Shown piece after piece: positions 1 through 11,620 of a DNA stretch of 64,000 nt; position 1 is the first letter of the stretch; each line of letters starts with the position of its first letter. This stretch comes from a virus. Its lineage: Duplodnaviria; Heunggongvirae; Uroviricota; Caudoviricetes. The translations under genes and the position numbers were made by a program. The stretch lies in the IMG/VR virus record IMGVR_UViG_3300046516_000964. The stretch is one strand, 5' to 3'. The notes below the pieces were generated by a model. That model had not been told where the DNA came from and ran no database searches. It worked only from the letters and a program-made list of their open reading frames with translations.

Positions 1-289
1 CGGTTCCGCCGGTGCCGACGTTGACTGTCAGCGTGTCAGGGAGCATCGCGGCGGTAAACCACCCGATGTTGCAGGCACCGCCCCCGCCCGCGCTGCCTCC
101 GGACGACGCGGCACCGTTCGCCGGGATCCCCCCGCCACCCCCTCCGCCCGCGCCGACAATGATCATCTGCACCCATTTCGGGTTCCCGGCAGGCTTCGTC
201 CACGTCTGCCCCGACCCGGCGTTGAACGTCTGCACGTCCACGGCCGAACCGGTTTTGACTGAACCATCAGAGGTGAAGAACCGCCACAT
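1..289 (-). CDS. Minor tail protein, glycine-rich. Start of the gene is in the window; the 3' end lies beyond position 1.
   Basis: ATG at 289 overlaps the TAA of the upstream gene (TAATG). Translation [54 protein letters not shown]... stays open to the window edge; resembles Gly-rich minor tail proteins of actinophages. Confidence 0.4.
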   Translation of the reverse strand, partial: MWRFFTSDGSVKTGSAVDVQTFNAGSGQTWTKPAGNPKWVQMIIVGAGGGGGGGIPANGAASSGGSAGGGGACNIGWFTAAMLPDTLTVNVGTGGT

Positions 290-611
290 TAGGACTGATC
301 CATCCCGGAGATCGTGATCGTGGCGCCAGACGACCCGGAAGTCATTTGAATCGTGTCCGCACCGGTTGCACCGGTGGCGCCAACGACTGTAAGAACTCCA
401 TCGAACTCAGCTGATTCACTCGCCCCGAGCGCGGTTGGAGGAAGGATCTGACTTGCGGCTCCGGTCCCGCCGATTCCGATTCCAACCGAAATCGTGCCGG
501 TCGTCCCGTTCACAAGTCTGATGTACTTGATTGTGTACGTGTGACCAGTAACACCAGTAAAAACCGTTCCGGTGGTATTCGTCGGACCCACGAGACGTTG
601 AAGAACATCGG

Positions 612-615
<4 letters not shown>
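289..615 (-). CDS. Minor tail protein (Thr/Gly-rich)
   Basis: 108-aa ORF directly downstream of the collagen-like gene on the minus strand, with a 4-nt overlap. Confidence 0.45.
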
Positions 616-2402
<1,787 letters not shown>

Positions 2403-2415
2403 CGCGGCCTACCTC

Positions 2416-2733
2416 CTAGCCGCCGGTAACGAGGACGCTGATGTTCATGTTCCCAGAAGTACCAACGACCCCGTAGATGGCCTCCTGGGGACCAAGGTAG
2501 AACGTGACCGGGAAAGTGGGAGTTAGTGCCATTGTCCCGGTAGCACCGGTACCAGTAGCACCAGTTGCGCTCCCACCCAGCCAGATCGCGGCCCCCGTTG
2601 ACCCGAGCACAACCGTGCGCGTGTTGGTCAACGTACGAGCAATCGTCTGATTGGCGTACCCAGTTACCGCAGCCGCAACAACCGCGGTAGGGCCAGTGGC
2701 ATTCAGAACAACATTGGAAGCGACGACAGCCAT
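2416..2733 (-). CDS. Hypothetical structural protein
   Basis: 105-aa ORF in the late operon; 1-nt overlap with the upstream gene. Confidence 0.45.
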   Translation of the reverse strand: MAVVASNVVLNATGPTAVVAAAVTGYANQTIARTLTNTRTVVLGSTGAAIWLGGSATGATGTGATGTMALTPTFPVTFYLGPQEAIYGVVGTSGNMNISVLVTGG

Positions 2734-3140
2734 TAGTCCTTAAGCTCAGCCTCGGCCTGATCAGCTGTCAGCTTCCCCTTGACCTTCTCGCCGTTCGACA
2801 GGAGATACCACGGGCCACCAACGTGACGCGGGAACTCCTGAGCGTAACTTGTTACGCGAGGAAGGGGTGCGGGGGAGTCCGGCAGCATGGACCCCCCCGC
2901 AGGGGAAGGAACTACAGGAGTGACCGTGCCCTGAGTATCGGACGCCACCGGCAGCAAGCGCCGGTACTCCACCATCGCCGACAGCTTGGACGGACGGAAA
3001 AACCGTGCGTCAACCTCGTCACCGGGGGCGTAGTTGATGAACACGTACTCCCCGGTCTCGTCGAGCACCGGTAGGTCACCGTCCATCTTCTGAACCTGGA
3101 TCGGCGACAGCGCCACATACTTCAGTTCGATCGTTGCCAT
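2733..3140 (-). CDS. Hypothetical capsid-associated protein
   Basis: The listed ORF runs to 3428, but the start MATIELK at 3140 has an RBS (GGAATCAGGG) and sits 14 nt after the major capsid protein stop. The rest of the listed ORF is Arg-rich wrong-frame sequence. Confidence 0.5.
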   Translation of the reverse strand: MATIELKYVALSPIQVQKMDGDLPVLDETGEYVFINYAPGDEVDARFFRPSKLSAMVEYRRLLPVASDTQGTVTPVVPSPAGGSMLPDSPAPLPRVTSYAQEFPRHVGGPWYLLSNGEKVKGKLTADQAEAELKD

Positions 3141-3153
3141 CCCTGATTCCTTT

Positions 3154-4140
3154 CTACGCAACCGCTCCGTGGAAGTAAGCACCGAGATCCGTACCGACGA
3201 TCTTCGTGGTGAACGCGAGCTCACCCTCGATCCGGACAGTACCGATCCCCATCCACGGCATCGGGATCTGGCTGATCCGGGAACCGAACGCGCCGGCGCC
3301 CAGAAGCGCAGTCCACGTGAAGATGTACACGGACGACGGAACCATGATCCCCGGCTGCGGCTCCGCGTACAGAAGCAGAGCGTCCTTCTCAGGAGCGATG
3401 AACGCGAAGCTGTCCGTCGCACCCTCAAGGGCGGTGTTCTCGATCGCCGCAGCGACGATCACCTGGAAGTCGTTCACACCCGGAGGGGCGATCAGAGAAG
3501 CGAGCAGCTCCGTCGTGACCACACCACGCTGGGTGTACTTGATGCGCTGAACGAGCTCATCGAGGTTCTTCAGGACCTGCCAGACCTTCGCGCCAAGCAC
3601 GAGCCGGTTCGGGAAACGCCCGGTCGTCTTCTTGATCGCCCAGATCTGAGCCTCGATGTCCTCCAGCGGTGTTCCGTTCGCCGCAGACCACAGCGGGGAC
3701 GGAACGATGTCTCCGCCCGTTGTGGAGCCAGTCCACGTCGAGGTCGCCATGACGGCGGTCACGACCTGGATCTCGCGGGAAAGCAGCAGACGGTGCGTGA
3801 TCCACAGGGTTGCGTCACGGTCCGCGTTCAGCGGGTCGTCCGTGTTCGCACGGATCTGCGGGTCCACCATCTTGTGCAGTGCGTACACCGGGCACTGGTA
3901 GCTGTCCGTGGTCACGTTGTAACCGGAACCAACAGACTCAGTACCAGGCGCGCGCTGCGCCGCCTCATCGCGGAACCAGTCGCCCTTCGTGTACCGGAAG
4001 TACAGATCCGACTGCTTCTGCACGGGCACAACAGGGGCGATCTTGTCAGCGATGTAGTCGTTCGAGTCCTGCATGTACGCGGTGCTGATGTTCGTCAGCG
4101 GCCGGTTTACATGGACTTGGGTAAGAGTTGGCTGAGGCAT
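3154..4140 (-). CDS. Major capsid protein
   Basis: 328 aa, encoded downstream of portal, protease and scaffold. Size and composition are typical of an HK97-fold major capsid protein; the 404-aa antisense ORF is spurious. Confidence 0.6.
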   Translation of the reverse strand: MPQPTLTQVHVNRPLTNISTAYMQDSNDYIADKIAPVVPVQKQSDLYFRYTKGDWFRDEAAQRAPGTESVGSGYNVTTDSYQCPVYALHKMVDPQIRANTDDPLNADRDATLWITHRLLLSREIQVVTAVMATSTWTGSTTGGDIVPSPLWSAANGTPLEDIEAQIWAIKKTTGRFPNRLVLGAKVWQVLKNLDELVQRIKYTQRGVVTTELLASLIAPPGVNDFQVIVAAAIENTALEGATDSFAFIAPEKDALLLYAEPQPGIMVPSSVYIFTWTALLGAGAFGSRISQIPMPWMGIGTVRIEGELAFTTKIVGTDLGAYFHGAVA

Positions 4141-4160
4141 TCGTCATCCCCCTTTCGTGC

Positions 4161-4577
4161 CTATGTAGACAGCCCGGACGGGCTGAAGATGATTGAGGAA
4201 GTGTCGCCGGTTACGCCCGCGAGAATGGCGAAACCGAGAACCTGGCTGCCGGTGCCGAACCCGGTTGAGTTCGCGGCAACCGTGTACTTCACGGCCTGGC
4301 CGGTGCTGTTCGAGGAAATCGGATCACCGATCGCGAACGAACCGCCGGCGATGACCTTGCTGATGCCTCCGTACCGGACCTGAGACCGGACAGGAGTGGC
4401 AGCCGTACCGTTCGGAGTGTCCTGCAGAACGCCTACCGCGCGGGGACCCGTCACGCCGCTGCCGGCAGTGGCCAGGAACCCGGACGAAGTCACCCGAACG
4501 AAGTAGAACTGGTTGCTCGACAGATCCGTGTTCGCGAGGAACGTGGTGTCGAGGCCGACATTGGTTTCGACTGCCAT
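4161..4577 (-). CDS. Hypothetical Ser/Thr/Gly-rich virion protein, possibly a decoration protein or a glycosylation substrate
   Basis: 138-aa ORF between the scaffold and major capsid genes; S/T-rich C-terminus SSIIFSPSGLST. Confidence 0.45.
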   Translation of the reverse strand: MAVETNVGLDTTFLANTDLSSNQFYFVRVTSSGFLATAGSGVTGPRAVGVLQDTPNGTAATPVRSQVRYGGISKVIAGGSFAIGDPISSNSTGQAVKYTVAANSTGFGTGSQVLGFAILAGVTGDTSSIIFSPSGLST

Positions 4578-5750
4578 TTAGCTCGCCCCCCCGAAACCCG
4601 TCATCGCCGCGGCGGAAGCCAGGTAGTCACGCTCGTAGCGGGTGTACAGCTCCTTGCCCTCCGCTGTCTTCAGCACCCGAGCGATCGCCTGCTCCTCCGT
4701 GAGCTCACCGGACTTCTCGACAAGGGTCTTGGCGAGCGCCTCGATCTGAGACCACGGGTCGCTCTTCGCGACCATCGAAGTCTCATCCTCCAGCGCGCGA
4801 GCCCCGAGCTCCTTGAACAGATCCCCGGTCTGGACGCGAGCCTGAGCAGAAGTGAGAACCTGCTCCAACTCAGCGAAACGATCAGCGTCCATCGTCTCCG
4901 CAGCATTCTTGAGCACTAGCCCGAGCTTGTCAGCGGGGGCGAGCGTGTCCAACTTCTCCGCCTTCGCGATGTAATCGCGCTGCCGGAGCTCATCCTGAGA
5001 CTTGAGAAGCTGCTCACGCGTCTCACCAAGACTCTTCTCGATCTGATCGGCCTTCTCAGCCTTCTCGATCATCGTCTTGAAAAACGAATGGCTCTCCTCG
5101 GGGACATCGGAGTAGTCCCATGTCCCGTCCTCTTTCTGAACTGGCACTCGGAACTCCACCGTGCCTCCTTCGTCGTCGTCGTGATCATCGGACTTGCTAA
5201 CAGCCTTCTTCTTGCGGGACATCCAAGGTCTCTTCTTCTTGTCGTCCTCGTCGTCGTCAGGCTCCTCGGTGTCACCGTCAGAGTCAGCGGCAACTTTCGC
5301 TCCGCTACCGCGACCCTCCAAGGAACTCCCGCTCGCGCCACCAGACAACTCGCCATCAGTGGCGGAAGCACTCAGTGACTCGTCCCCGCTCGCACTACCA
5401 GACAGCTCTCCTGGGCTCGCAACCTTCGTCGAGTTAAGTGGGTTGTTCTGAACGGGGTACATCTCACGCCCGAGCTTCTCGATCAGCTCCGGCGAAAACT
5501 CACCCTCGATTCCCTTGAGAAGACGGACAGCGGTGACGAAAGCTTTCTCTACGGTCTCGTCAACGACGCCGTCCTTACGGAGCTCGTCCAGCATCGCGCC
5601 TTCGCGCTCCCAGGGGACATCGAGAATGTCAGACAGCTCTGAGTCCACGTCTTGGTCCCCTTTCAGCAGCAGAAAACGCCGCCGGTTAGCGGCACGCCTC
5701 ACGAGGGATACCTCGTCCCCGTCAACATCCGTTAGATTCGAGATCCTCAC
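4578..5750 (-). CDS. Capsid scaffolding protein
   Basis: 390 aa with highly acidic, low-complexity D/E/S stretches plus a C-terminal coiled coil; position between the protease and major capsid genes. Confidence 0.55.
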   Translation of the reverse strand: MRISNLTDVDGDEVSLVRRAANRRRFLLLKGDQDVDSELSDILDVPWEREGAMLDELRKDGVVDETVEKAFVTAVRLLKGIEGEFSPELIEKLGREMYPVQNNPLNSTKVASPGELSGSASGDESLSASATDGELSGGASGSSLEGRGSGAKVAADSDGDTEEPDDDEDDKKKRPWMSRKKKAVSKSDDHDDDEGGTVEFRVPVQKEDGTWDYSDVPEESHSFFKTMIEKAEKADQIEKSLGETREQLLKSQDELRQRDYIAKAEKLDTLAPADKLGLVLKNAAETMDADRFAELEQVLTSAQARVQTGDLFKELGARALEDETSMVAKSDPWSQIEALAKTLVEKSGELTEEQAIARVLKTAEGKELYTRYERDYLASAAAMTGFGGAS

Positions 5751-5782
5751 CTTCGAGGATGCTCTATCGGCTTATAGACGAG

Positions 5783-8194
5783 TTATTCGTTTGAAGCGAC
5801 GTTACCGCCGCTCGTAAACCAGTCGGACGCCTGAGGGTTCGCGATAAAGCTGCGCTCAAGAACGTCCGGTGGTACGTGCATAGACCGACGGATACCCGAG
5901 CCACCGATCGAGAACCCCGTGTACTTGCCGGCAAGAACGTCCTGCCACACGTCATGGTCCTCAACGTGGACGCACATCACCCACGTCCCTTTCTTCACCA
6001 TCTCTTTCCCGTCCAGGGTGAAATCCACCGGTGCGATATAGGACTCCACCGGAACCACCCCGGGCTTGTCGCGGAAGAAACTCTTCGCCTGATGCTGCAG
6101 CTTCGTCACCGTTGCTTTCCCGCGAGCAACCTTCTTCAGATAACCGTGTGCGGCTTTCTCCACCTGGTCGGGAAGCATGAAATCGTCCTGACTGTCGAGA
6201 GCGTTCGGTTCGAGCACAACCCCGTAGACGAGCTGCTTGTACCCGTCAGCTTTATGAACACGGAGCTTCACGTTCGCGTTCATATACGCGACAGACAGGT
6301 CCTTCAACGGCTTGTTGCGATGCACCGACTGCAGCGTTGGTCCCATGCTGCCAACCGGAACTTCGCTCGTAGCAGCGGGTGTCATCGCGGCGAGAGTCCC
6401 CGCTGACGGCATCTCCGAGGAGCCCATCGGTGAGTCGCCCGCCGGCGGAGCACCAGCACCAGGAGCAAAGTCCTTGACGAGGCGTCCGCCGGCAAGGGCC
6501 TCCAACTCTTTCCACGAATGAGCTGCGTCAGTGTAAGCACCCGCGACGTTCGGGTTCAGCCAGCGGTAATCGCCGTCAGCGTCCTGCGCGAAATCAGCAG
6601 CCTGGACTTTCAGGATGTCGCCCTTCTTCGCTTTCATCCTGCTGCTGTTCGTGCGACCCACGTAGTGACCGTCACGGGTGACCATCCGGTACACGTTCCC
6701 TCCGTCTGGGTGGCGCAACACACCGTTCACGCGCAAATGCAGTATGGCGGCGTGCGCCTGTCCTTTCGTGACGACCTCCTTCACGCTCATCTTCTTGCCG
6801 GCGTCGATCTTGAACACCGTCGCCGGATCGATCTTGTCAGCCTCGATCGCAGACGTGTCGATCTTCGAACGCGGGCCCTTCCCGCCGATCCATCCTTGGG
6901 CGAGCTCGACGTTGCGCGAGTGAGTGACGAGCGCGATCGTTTTCCCGCCATCGGCCTGCTTGAGTAGTTTCTCCAACGCCGGCACGAACCTGCCCTTGTA
7001 CTCGTTGAAGGACTCACCACCATCAACGGGCTCATCGGCTTTCGTGGTCATGTACGGCGTCAGCTTCGGGATCACGTCAGCGGACGAATGCCCGGCGAAC
7101 GAACCAAGATTCCACGGCCGGTAGCTGCGATCAGCTTTCACGGAGGCACCGCACTCACGCGCAGCTATGTCCGCTGTCTGCTTCGCGCGCTTCAAATCGG
7201 ACGCGTAGATCTCCTCCACCCCAGCGTCCTTGAAGAACTTGCCGAGCTTCTTCGCCTGCACCTTGCCGGTGTTGTCGAGCGGAATATCTCTCCACCCTTG
7301 CACCACATCATGTGGCTGCCCCGGGCGGTTGTACCGCGTTTTCGCGTGCGAGACCATGTACAGGGAACCGTTCGCTTTCTGCACCTTGTCCCAGGCGCGT
7401 GAATCATGGAGCTCCCAACGCACAGCACGGGAGCGCTTCATGTGATCCGGGTCCCACCAGGCGGCAACCTCAACCCCGTCACCGTCAGGATCGTCGGGGT
7501 TCATCACCTTGCGCTCGCCGTTGATCTTCACATTCGCCTCGGAAGGGACCTCGTGCACGAAACCCTGGTAGATGCCTGACTGCCATTGCCCCACGTGCCG
7601 TCCTCGCGGCAGGCGGACGCCCATTTCCTCCTGCCACTCGCGCTTCGCGCCCACATAGGGATGTTCGCCATCGTTCAGGCACCCACCGGGAAACTCCCAG
7701 CAACCAGCCGCCGGGTCCTTCGCGTTGTTGCTCGCGCGCTGAATCATCAGGACTCTGCCTGTGTCCGCAGCACGAACAGCCATACCAGCGGCCGTTACGC
7801 CAGCCTTCCAAATGAACCCCTCCGGGTCCGGTTCCAAGGCTCCGAGAAGATCCCTCAGCCCCTCGGGTGTGTCGGGCGGGGCCGGTGCCGGCGCGGTGTA
7901 CATCGGCGCGATTGCCGGATCCTCCTTCGTGACTATTCCCTCCCAGGCGTCGCACGTGTCATCAGCACCCACGGGAGTGTCGTCAAACATCGTGCAAACA
8001 CCATGGTGGAACCAGTCACATGTTCCGCACGACACGTCACTAAACTCCGCTTCGCGCAAGTTCGCCCACCCGGGGATCTCCTTCTCGACGTGCTCTGGCA
8101 GCTTCCCCTCGTTGTCGAAGTGGTGCTCCTTAACCCAGTCATGCCCGAAACGGGCGTTCAGAAAGGCGCGCTGAGCTTGACTACGTGCGGGCAC
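5783..8194 (-). CDS. Multidomain virion protein: Cys-cluster N-terminus, NUDIX hydrolase, histidine-phosphatase (PGM-like) domain and XkdF-like prohead protease
   Basis: Perfect Nudix box GGCLNDGEHPYVGAKREWQEEMGV. Histidine-phosphatase-like segments VSHAKTRYN...GWRDIPL...IYASDLKRAKQTA...LVTHSRN. C-terminus LVYGVVLEPNALDSQDD...GTWV...GKYTGFSIGG matches the XkdF-type phage protease. GTG start. Confidence 0.75.
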   Translation of the reverse strand: MPARSQAQRAFLNARFGHDWVKEHHFDNEGKLPEHVEKEIPGWANLREAEFSDVSCGTCDWFHHGVCTMFDDTPVGADDTCDAWEGIVTKEDPAIAPMYTAPAPAPPDTPEGLRDLLGALEPDPEGFIWKAGVTAAGMAVRAADTGRVLMIQRASNNAKDPAAGCWEFPGGCLNDGEHPYVGAKREWQEEMGVRLPRGRHVGQWQSGIYQGFVHEVPSEANVKINGERKVMNPDDPDGDGVEVAAWWDPDHMKRSRAVRWELHDSRAWDKVQKANGSLYMVSHAKTRYNRPGQPHDVVQGWRDIPLDNTGKVQAKKLGKFFKDAGVEEIYASDLKRAKQTADIAARECGASVKADRSYRPWNLGSFAGHSSADVIPKLTPYMTTKADEPVDGGESFNEYKGRFVPALEKLLKQADGGKTIALVTHSRNVELAQGWIGGKGPRSKIDTSAIEADKIDPATVFKIDAGKKMSVKEVVTKGQAHAAILHLRVNGVLRHPDGGNVYRMVTRDGHYVGRTNSSRMKAKKGDILKVQAADFAQDADGDYRWLNPNVAGAYTDAAHSWKELEALAGGRLVKDFAPGAGAPPAGDSPMGSSEMPSAGTLAAMTPAATSEVPVGSMGPTLQSVHRNKPLKDLSVAYMNANVKLRVHKADGYKQLVYGVVLEPNALDSQDDFMLPDQVEKAAHGYLKKVARGKATVTKLQHQAKSFFRDKPGVVPVESYIAPVDFTLDGKEMVKKGTWVMCVHVEDHDVWQDVLAGKYTGFSIGGSGIRRSMHVPPDVLERSFIANPQASDWFTSGGNVASNE

Positions 8195-8357
8195 TCGCGG
8201 GTCTCTTCGCCAACGCCTCGGCGATTCGGTCGGCTAGCTCATCGAGACTCACCCATTCCGGAATCAAATCCTCGTTGAGGACGAGCATGTCTCCGGGCTG
8301 AGCGTCGAGCGCGTAGACCATGTCTCCTAGTGTCACCACTCTTGGGCTTGCAGGCAT
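8181..8357 (-). CDS. Small hypothetical protein (58 aa)
   Basis: Not in the ORF track (<60 aa). ATG at 8357 preceded by GGAGGAAAC and a copy of the palindrome; MPASPRVVTLGDMVYALDAQPGDMLVLNEDLIPEWVSLDELADRIAEALAKRPASART. Confidence 0.35.
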   Translation of the reverse strand: MPASPRVVTLGDMVYALDAQPGDMLVLNEDLIPEWVSLDELADRIAEALAKRPASART

Positions 8358-8375
8358 CGTTTCCTCCGTAACTTG

Positions 8376-9803
8376 TTACGCGTGTTCGCCTTTGGATCCG
8401 GATGCTTCGGCGTCTGACGCCGACTGACCGGTCCCAGAGAGGGAACGCGGACTGAAATCGTGGCCCTTCGTGACCTTCGGCATGCCTGCCTGCTCGTTCA
8501 TCCACGGGAGAGCGGTCTCCCAGTCGATCGGGGCGCCCGCGCGACCGATCCGGTTGATGAAGTTACCGAGGGTGTCGAGGTCAATCGTCTCCGGGTTGCC
8601 GTGGCAGAGCTTCGGCATCTCGTCCTTGCGACCGTTCAGCTCCCACAGTTTCGGGATCACCTGGGTGTTGAACCCCTCACTCATGATGTCGAGGAACGCG
8701 CCGATTCCTACCGTCAGCAGATCTTTCTTCGTGATCGCGAGCGCGTAGGAACCAACCTTGTCCTGCCCCATCATCACCACGTCGGAGAGAACGCTCATCG
8801 CCATCCGTGTCTCGTACCTGGTGATCACCTGGGTGGTGTCGAACTGTCTTGAACCGGCGGAAGCCATCAGGGTGAGCTCCCACCCGAACGGCAGGATCAC
8901 TCCTTCCTGCTCGTCGCGGCGGATCGAAGAAACCACGTTCTTGGCCTGCTGGAACATTGCGGCCATCGCCGGGTCGTTCAGATCCCAGATGTCCACGCCC
9001 TCCGGCGGGATGAGAACAGGCAGGCCGGCCAGGTCGCGCTCGATCCCGATCGCCTCGATCTGCTGAATGTTCTTCACGAACCACCAGGAGCGGTACGCGT
9101 TGCGCAGGACGCTACGCCCCTCCGGGTTATCCTTGAAGATCGTGGTGCGCAAATGCAGCGCTTTTTCACGTGGAATGAACCGGAGCAGATAGTCGGGCGG
9201 GGGGTTCTGGATCATCCCGAGAATGTCACCGGTCTCATCGAACACCCATTTCCACAGTGAGTCCTGCGCCCTCAGGGCGATCTTCGCGAGCCCGATCTGC
9301 CCGTCGGTGAACTTGCTGTTCTGCGCTGGGTTCCGCGAAGTACCCTCGCGGCGCTTGTAGCAGAGCTCGTTGTAGCTGTACCCGTACGGGAGGAACGACA
9401 TCAGTTCGCTGATCGTGTCGGGCCACGAGAACTGCATGTCGTTGATGACCTCGTTCATCCACTTCGAGCCCGGCGTGTCCTGCTCCTCGAACCACCAGGT
9501 GACGCGCCGCATAAGCATCTGAATCGCGTACAGGATCGCCCCGATGATCGGGTCCTGATCCGACATTTCGCGGTAAACCTCGGCTGCGCGACGCCCCTGC
9601 TGGAGCTGCTGCAGCCACTCCTCGAAAACAAAGCCGCCCCAGTGGCGGAGACCGGAGCGGCCGTACTCCTCAAAGATGTTGGCGCCGTACCCCATCGTCT
9701 GCGCCGAGGCGGCTTTCGTCAGGACGATAGGGTCGCGAGGGCCGAAATCCCCCCGGAAAACCTTGATCGCGGGGACCCCGCCGTTCTGTTCGGCGATCAG
9801 CAT
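8376..9803 (-). CDS. Portal protein
   Basis: 475 aa, encoded upstream of the protease, scaffold and major capsid genes; size and composition consistent with a phage portal. Confidence 0.65.
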   Translation of the reverse strand: MLIAEQNGGVPAIKVFRGDFGPRDPIVLTKAASAQTMGYGANIFEEYGRSGLRHWGGFVFEEWLQQLQQGRRAAEVYREMSDQDPIIGAILYAIQMLMRRVTWWFEEQDTPGSKWMNEVINDMQFSWPDTISELMSFLPYGYSYNELCYKRREGTSRNPAQNSKFTDGQIGLAKIALRAQDSLWKWVFDETGDILGMIQNPPPDYLLRFIPREKALHLRTTIFKDNPEGRSVLRNAYRSWWFVKNIQQIEAIGIERDLAGLPVLIPPEGVDIWDLNDPAMAAMFQQAKNVVSSIRRDEQEGVILPFGWELTLMASAGSRQFDTTQVITRYETRMAMSVLSDVVMMGQDKVGSYALAITKKDLLTVGIGAFLDIMSEGFNTQVIPKLWELNGRKDEMPKLCHGNPETIDLDTLGNFINRIGRAGAPIDWETALPWMNEQAGMPKVTKGHDFSPRSLSGTGQSASDAEASGSKGEHA

Positions 9804-9815
9804 GATCCCCGGAGG

Positions 9816-10601
9816 CTATCGGCAGCGGTGATGGCGTCTCATTTCATCGACGAGAATGCCTTTGTTTCGCTCCGCCCGCAGGAGCATGCTGTCGGCTTTC
9901 GTGGTGTAGTTGAGGAGGGTCTCGTTCACGCACGCGAACCGCGCTTTCCGACGGGTCAGGTCGATCCACATGTCCCAGTCCTCGTACCCGCCGCTGATAC
10001 CGGGCCAGCCGGCCATCGCTGGGTGGTACCCGCCGATCTCACGGAGAAGCTCGGTCCGCATCAAAGCACAGTAGAAGTACCTGTTCATCGTCCACAGGAG
10101 TTTCTCCGTCACATTCGCGAGAGGCATGTCGTAGCCCGGCATGTAGTCGCGGTTCCGTGGGGCATCCCCATGCTCCTGCAGTCCGACCAGGACAACGTCA
10201 GCACCCGCCTTGATCACCGGTAGGGTGAGCTCGATGTAGCGCGAGTCGATCCAGTCGTCGGAGTCGAGCGGGAGGAAGAACTCCCCTTTCGCGAGCATCA
10301 GAGCGGTGTTCCGCGCTGCCGGCAAACCCCTGTTGGTGATCTTGGTCGTGCGGATTAGAGGGGAGTACTCCGTCATGAGCACCGGGATATGGGGCTGCTC
10401 CGAACCGTCGTCGACGATGATGATCTCGCGCGGTTTAACGGTCTGGTCGAGCGCGGACTGGACCGCTCTCTCGATGGTCTCCTGCGACTCGTTGAAGTAC
10501 GGGATGCACACCGTGACGCCGTGCGCTCTCGCTTCATCCCGCTCCACGATGTGCTTGTACATCTCGCCGGTGACGAGAGGCTGGGTGGTGCTCATCCCCA
10601 C
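9816..10601 (-). CDS. Glycosyltransferase family 2
   Basis: VCIPYFNESQ...IIIVDDGSEQ and DSDD (DXD): canonical GT-A / GT2 N-terminal signature. Confidence 0.75.
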   Translation of the reverse strand: MGMSTTQPLVTGEMYKHIVERDEARAHGVTVCIPYFNESQETIERAVQSALDQTVKPREIIIVDDGSEQPHIPVLMTEYSPLIRTTKITNRGLPAARNTALMLAKGEFFLPLDSDDWIDSRYIELTLPVIKAGADVVLVGLQEHGDAPRNRDYMPGYDMPLANVTEKLLWTMNRYFYCALMRTELLREIGGYHPAMAGWPGISGGYEDWDMWIDLTRRKARFACVNETLLNYTTKADSMLLRAERNKGILVDEMRRHHRCR

Positions 10602-11620
10602 CCCAGGCTCGAGAAATCATCGTGGTAGATCATGTTCGTCCAGTCTCGCTGCTTCTCCCAGACCTCCCTGCGCCCCTCCGGGATCGCTCTGTACATCTCA
10701 CCGATCGACCTATTCGGGTCGGCCTGGGTGCCGGCACCATGCTGGTGAGCCCAGGAGAGCATGAAGCTGTTGTTGCAGAAATCGTTGTTCTGGTCCCTGG
10801 GCTGCGCGTTCAGAAACTCGAAGGCTTCCGTGGGATTCACCTGGAATCTCCGCCAGTAGTCAGCGATCCAGTTGCGCCCCCATGATCCTGCCGCCTCACG
10901 GTTGTTGATGTACACGTAGTTCTCCCTGGTTGGATGCCAGAAATCGATGTACCAGTCGAGGTGCATCGCGTCGCACGGAGGACCGACCCTGGCGGTGTTC
11001 ATGCGCAACCGGTTGAACACCCTTTCCCTCCGGAACAAATGGAAGGTCGTGTCGATCTGCCAGCACGAGTAGGGGATCTCACCCCACCACGACATCGTGT
11101 CCTTGTAGAGCAACCTCGATTCGAGAGCGCACACGCGGCTGCGGAGCGGGTACCCGTGCGACAGGCCAGCGTCGACGCTGGTGTGCGGTCCGACCGCGAG
11201 CTCTGTTTCTTGCGCGATCTCCACGTACACCCGAAACGAGTCAGGGTTCGATTTCTCGAAGCAGATGTCGGCGTCCGTAACCGCGTACCAGTCGCCGCTA
11301 GTGGAACGTGAGTTCTTCGCGAAAGCCTCGTTGAAATGAGCGGTGAGTTCGTCGTAGTCGCTGATCTTCGGGAAGCGCTCCACGATCAGGACCTCCGGGT
11401 AGCTGTCGACCTCGTCGAGCGCGTTCAGCGCCTGAGGGTCGTCGCTGCCGTTGTCGATCACGATTACCTCGTAAGGGTGCGTCTGCTCCCTGAAAGAGAG
11501 AATGGTCCTGGTGAGAGTCTCGATCCGGTTGTAGGTGGAGAGGAAGATCGTGATCACAGGGCCGCGATCATTTCTGCGGTCAGCCTGTCGCGCTCCTCCG
11601 GATCCGGGACCTGCATCCAA
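10592..11620 (-). CDS. Glycosyltransferase (GT2-like)
   Basis: ITIFLSTYNRIETLTRTILSFREQTHPYEVIVIDNGSDD. Confidence 0.7.
   Translation of the reverse strand: MDAGPGSGGARQADRRNDRGPVITIFLSTYNRIETLTRTILSFREQTHPYEVIVIDNGSDDPQALNALDEVDSYPEVLIVERFPKISDYDELTAHFNEAFAKNSRSTSGDWYAVTDADICFEKSNPDSFRVYVEIAQETELAVGPHTSVDAGLSHGYPLRSRVCALESRLLYKDTMSWWGEIPYSCWQIDTTFHLFRRERVFNRLRMNTARVGPPCDAMHLDWYIDFWHPTRENYVYINNREAAGSWGRNWIADYWRRFQVNPTEAFEFLNAQPRDQNNDFCNNSFMLSWAHQHGAGTQADPNRSIGEMYRAIPEGRREVWEKQRDWTNMIYHDDFSSLGWG

Noticed and set aside
3169-4383. 404-aa plus-strand ORF antisense to the major capsid gene
   Set aside because: Arg/Asp/Leu-rich low-complexity translation typical of antisense frames in high-GC DNA; it has no RBS. 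The minus-strand capsid gene is the real one.
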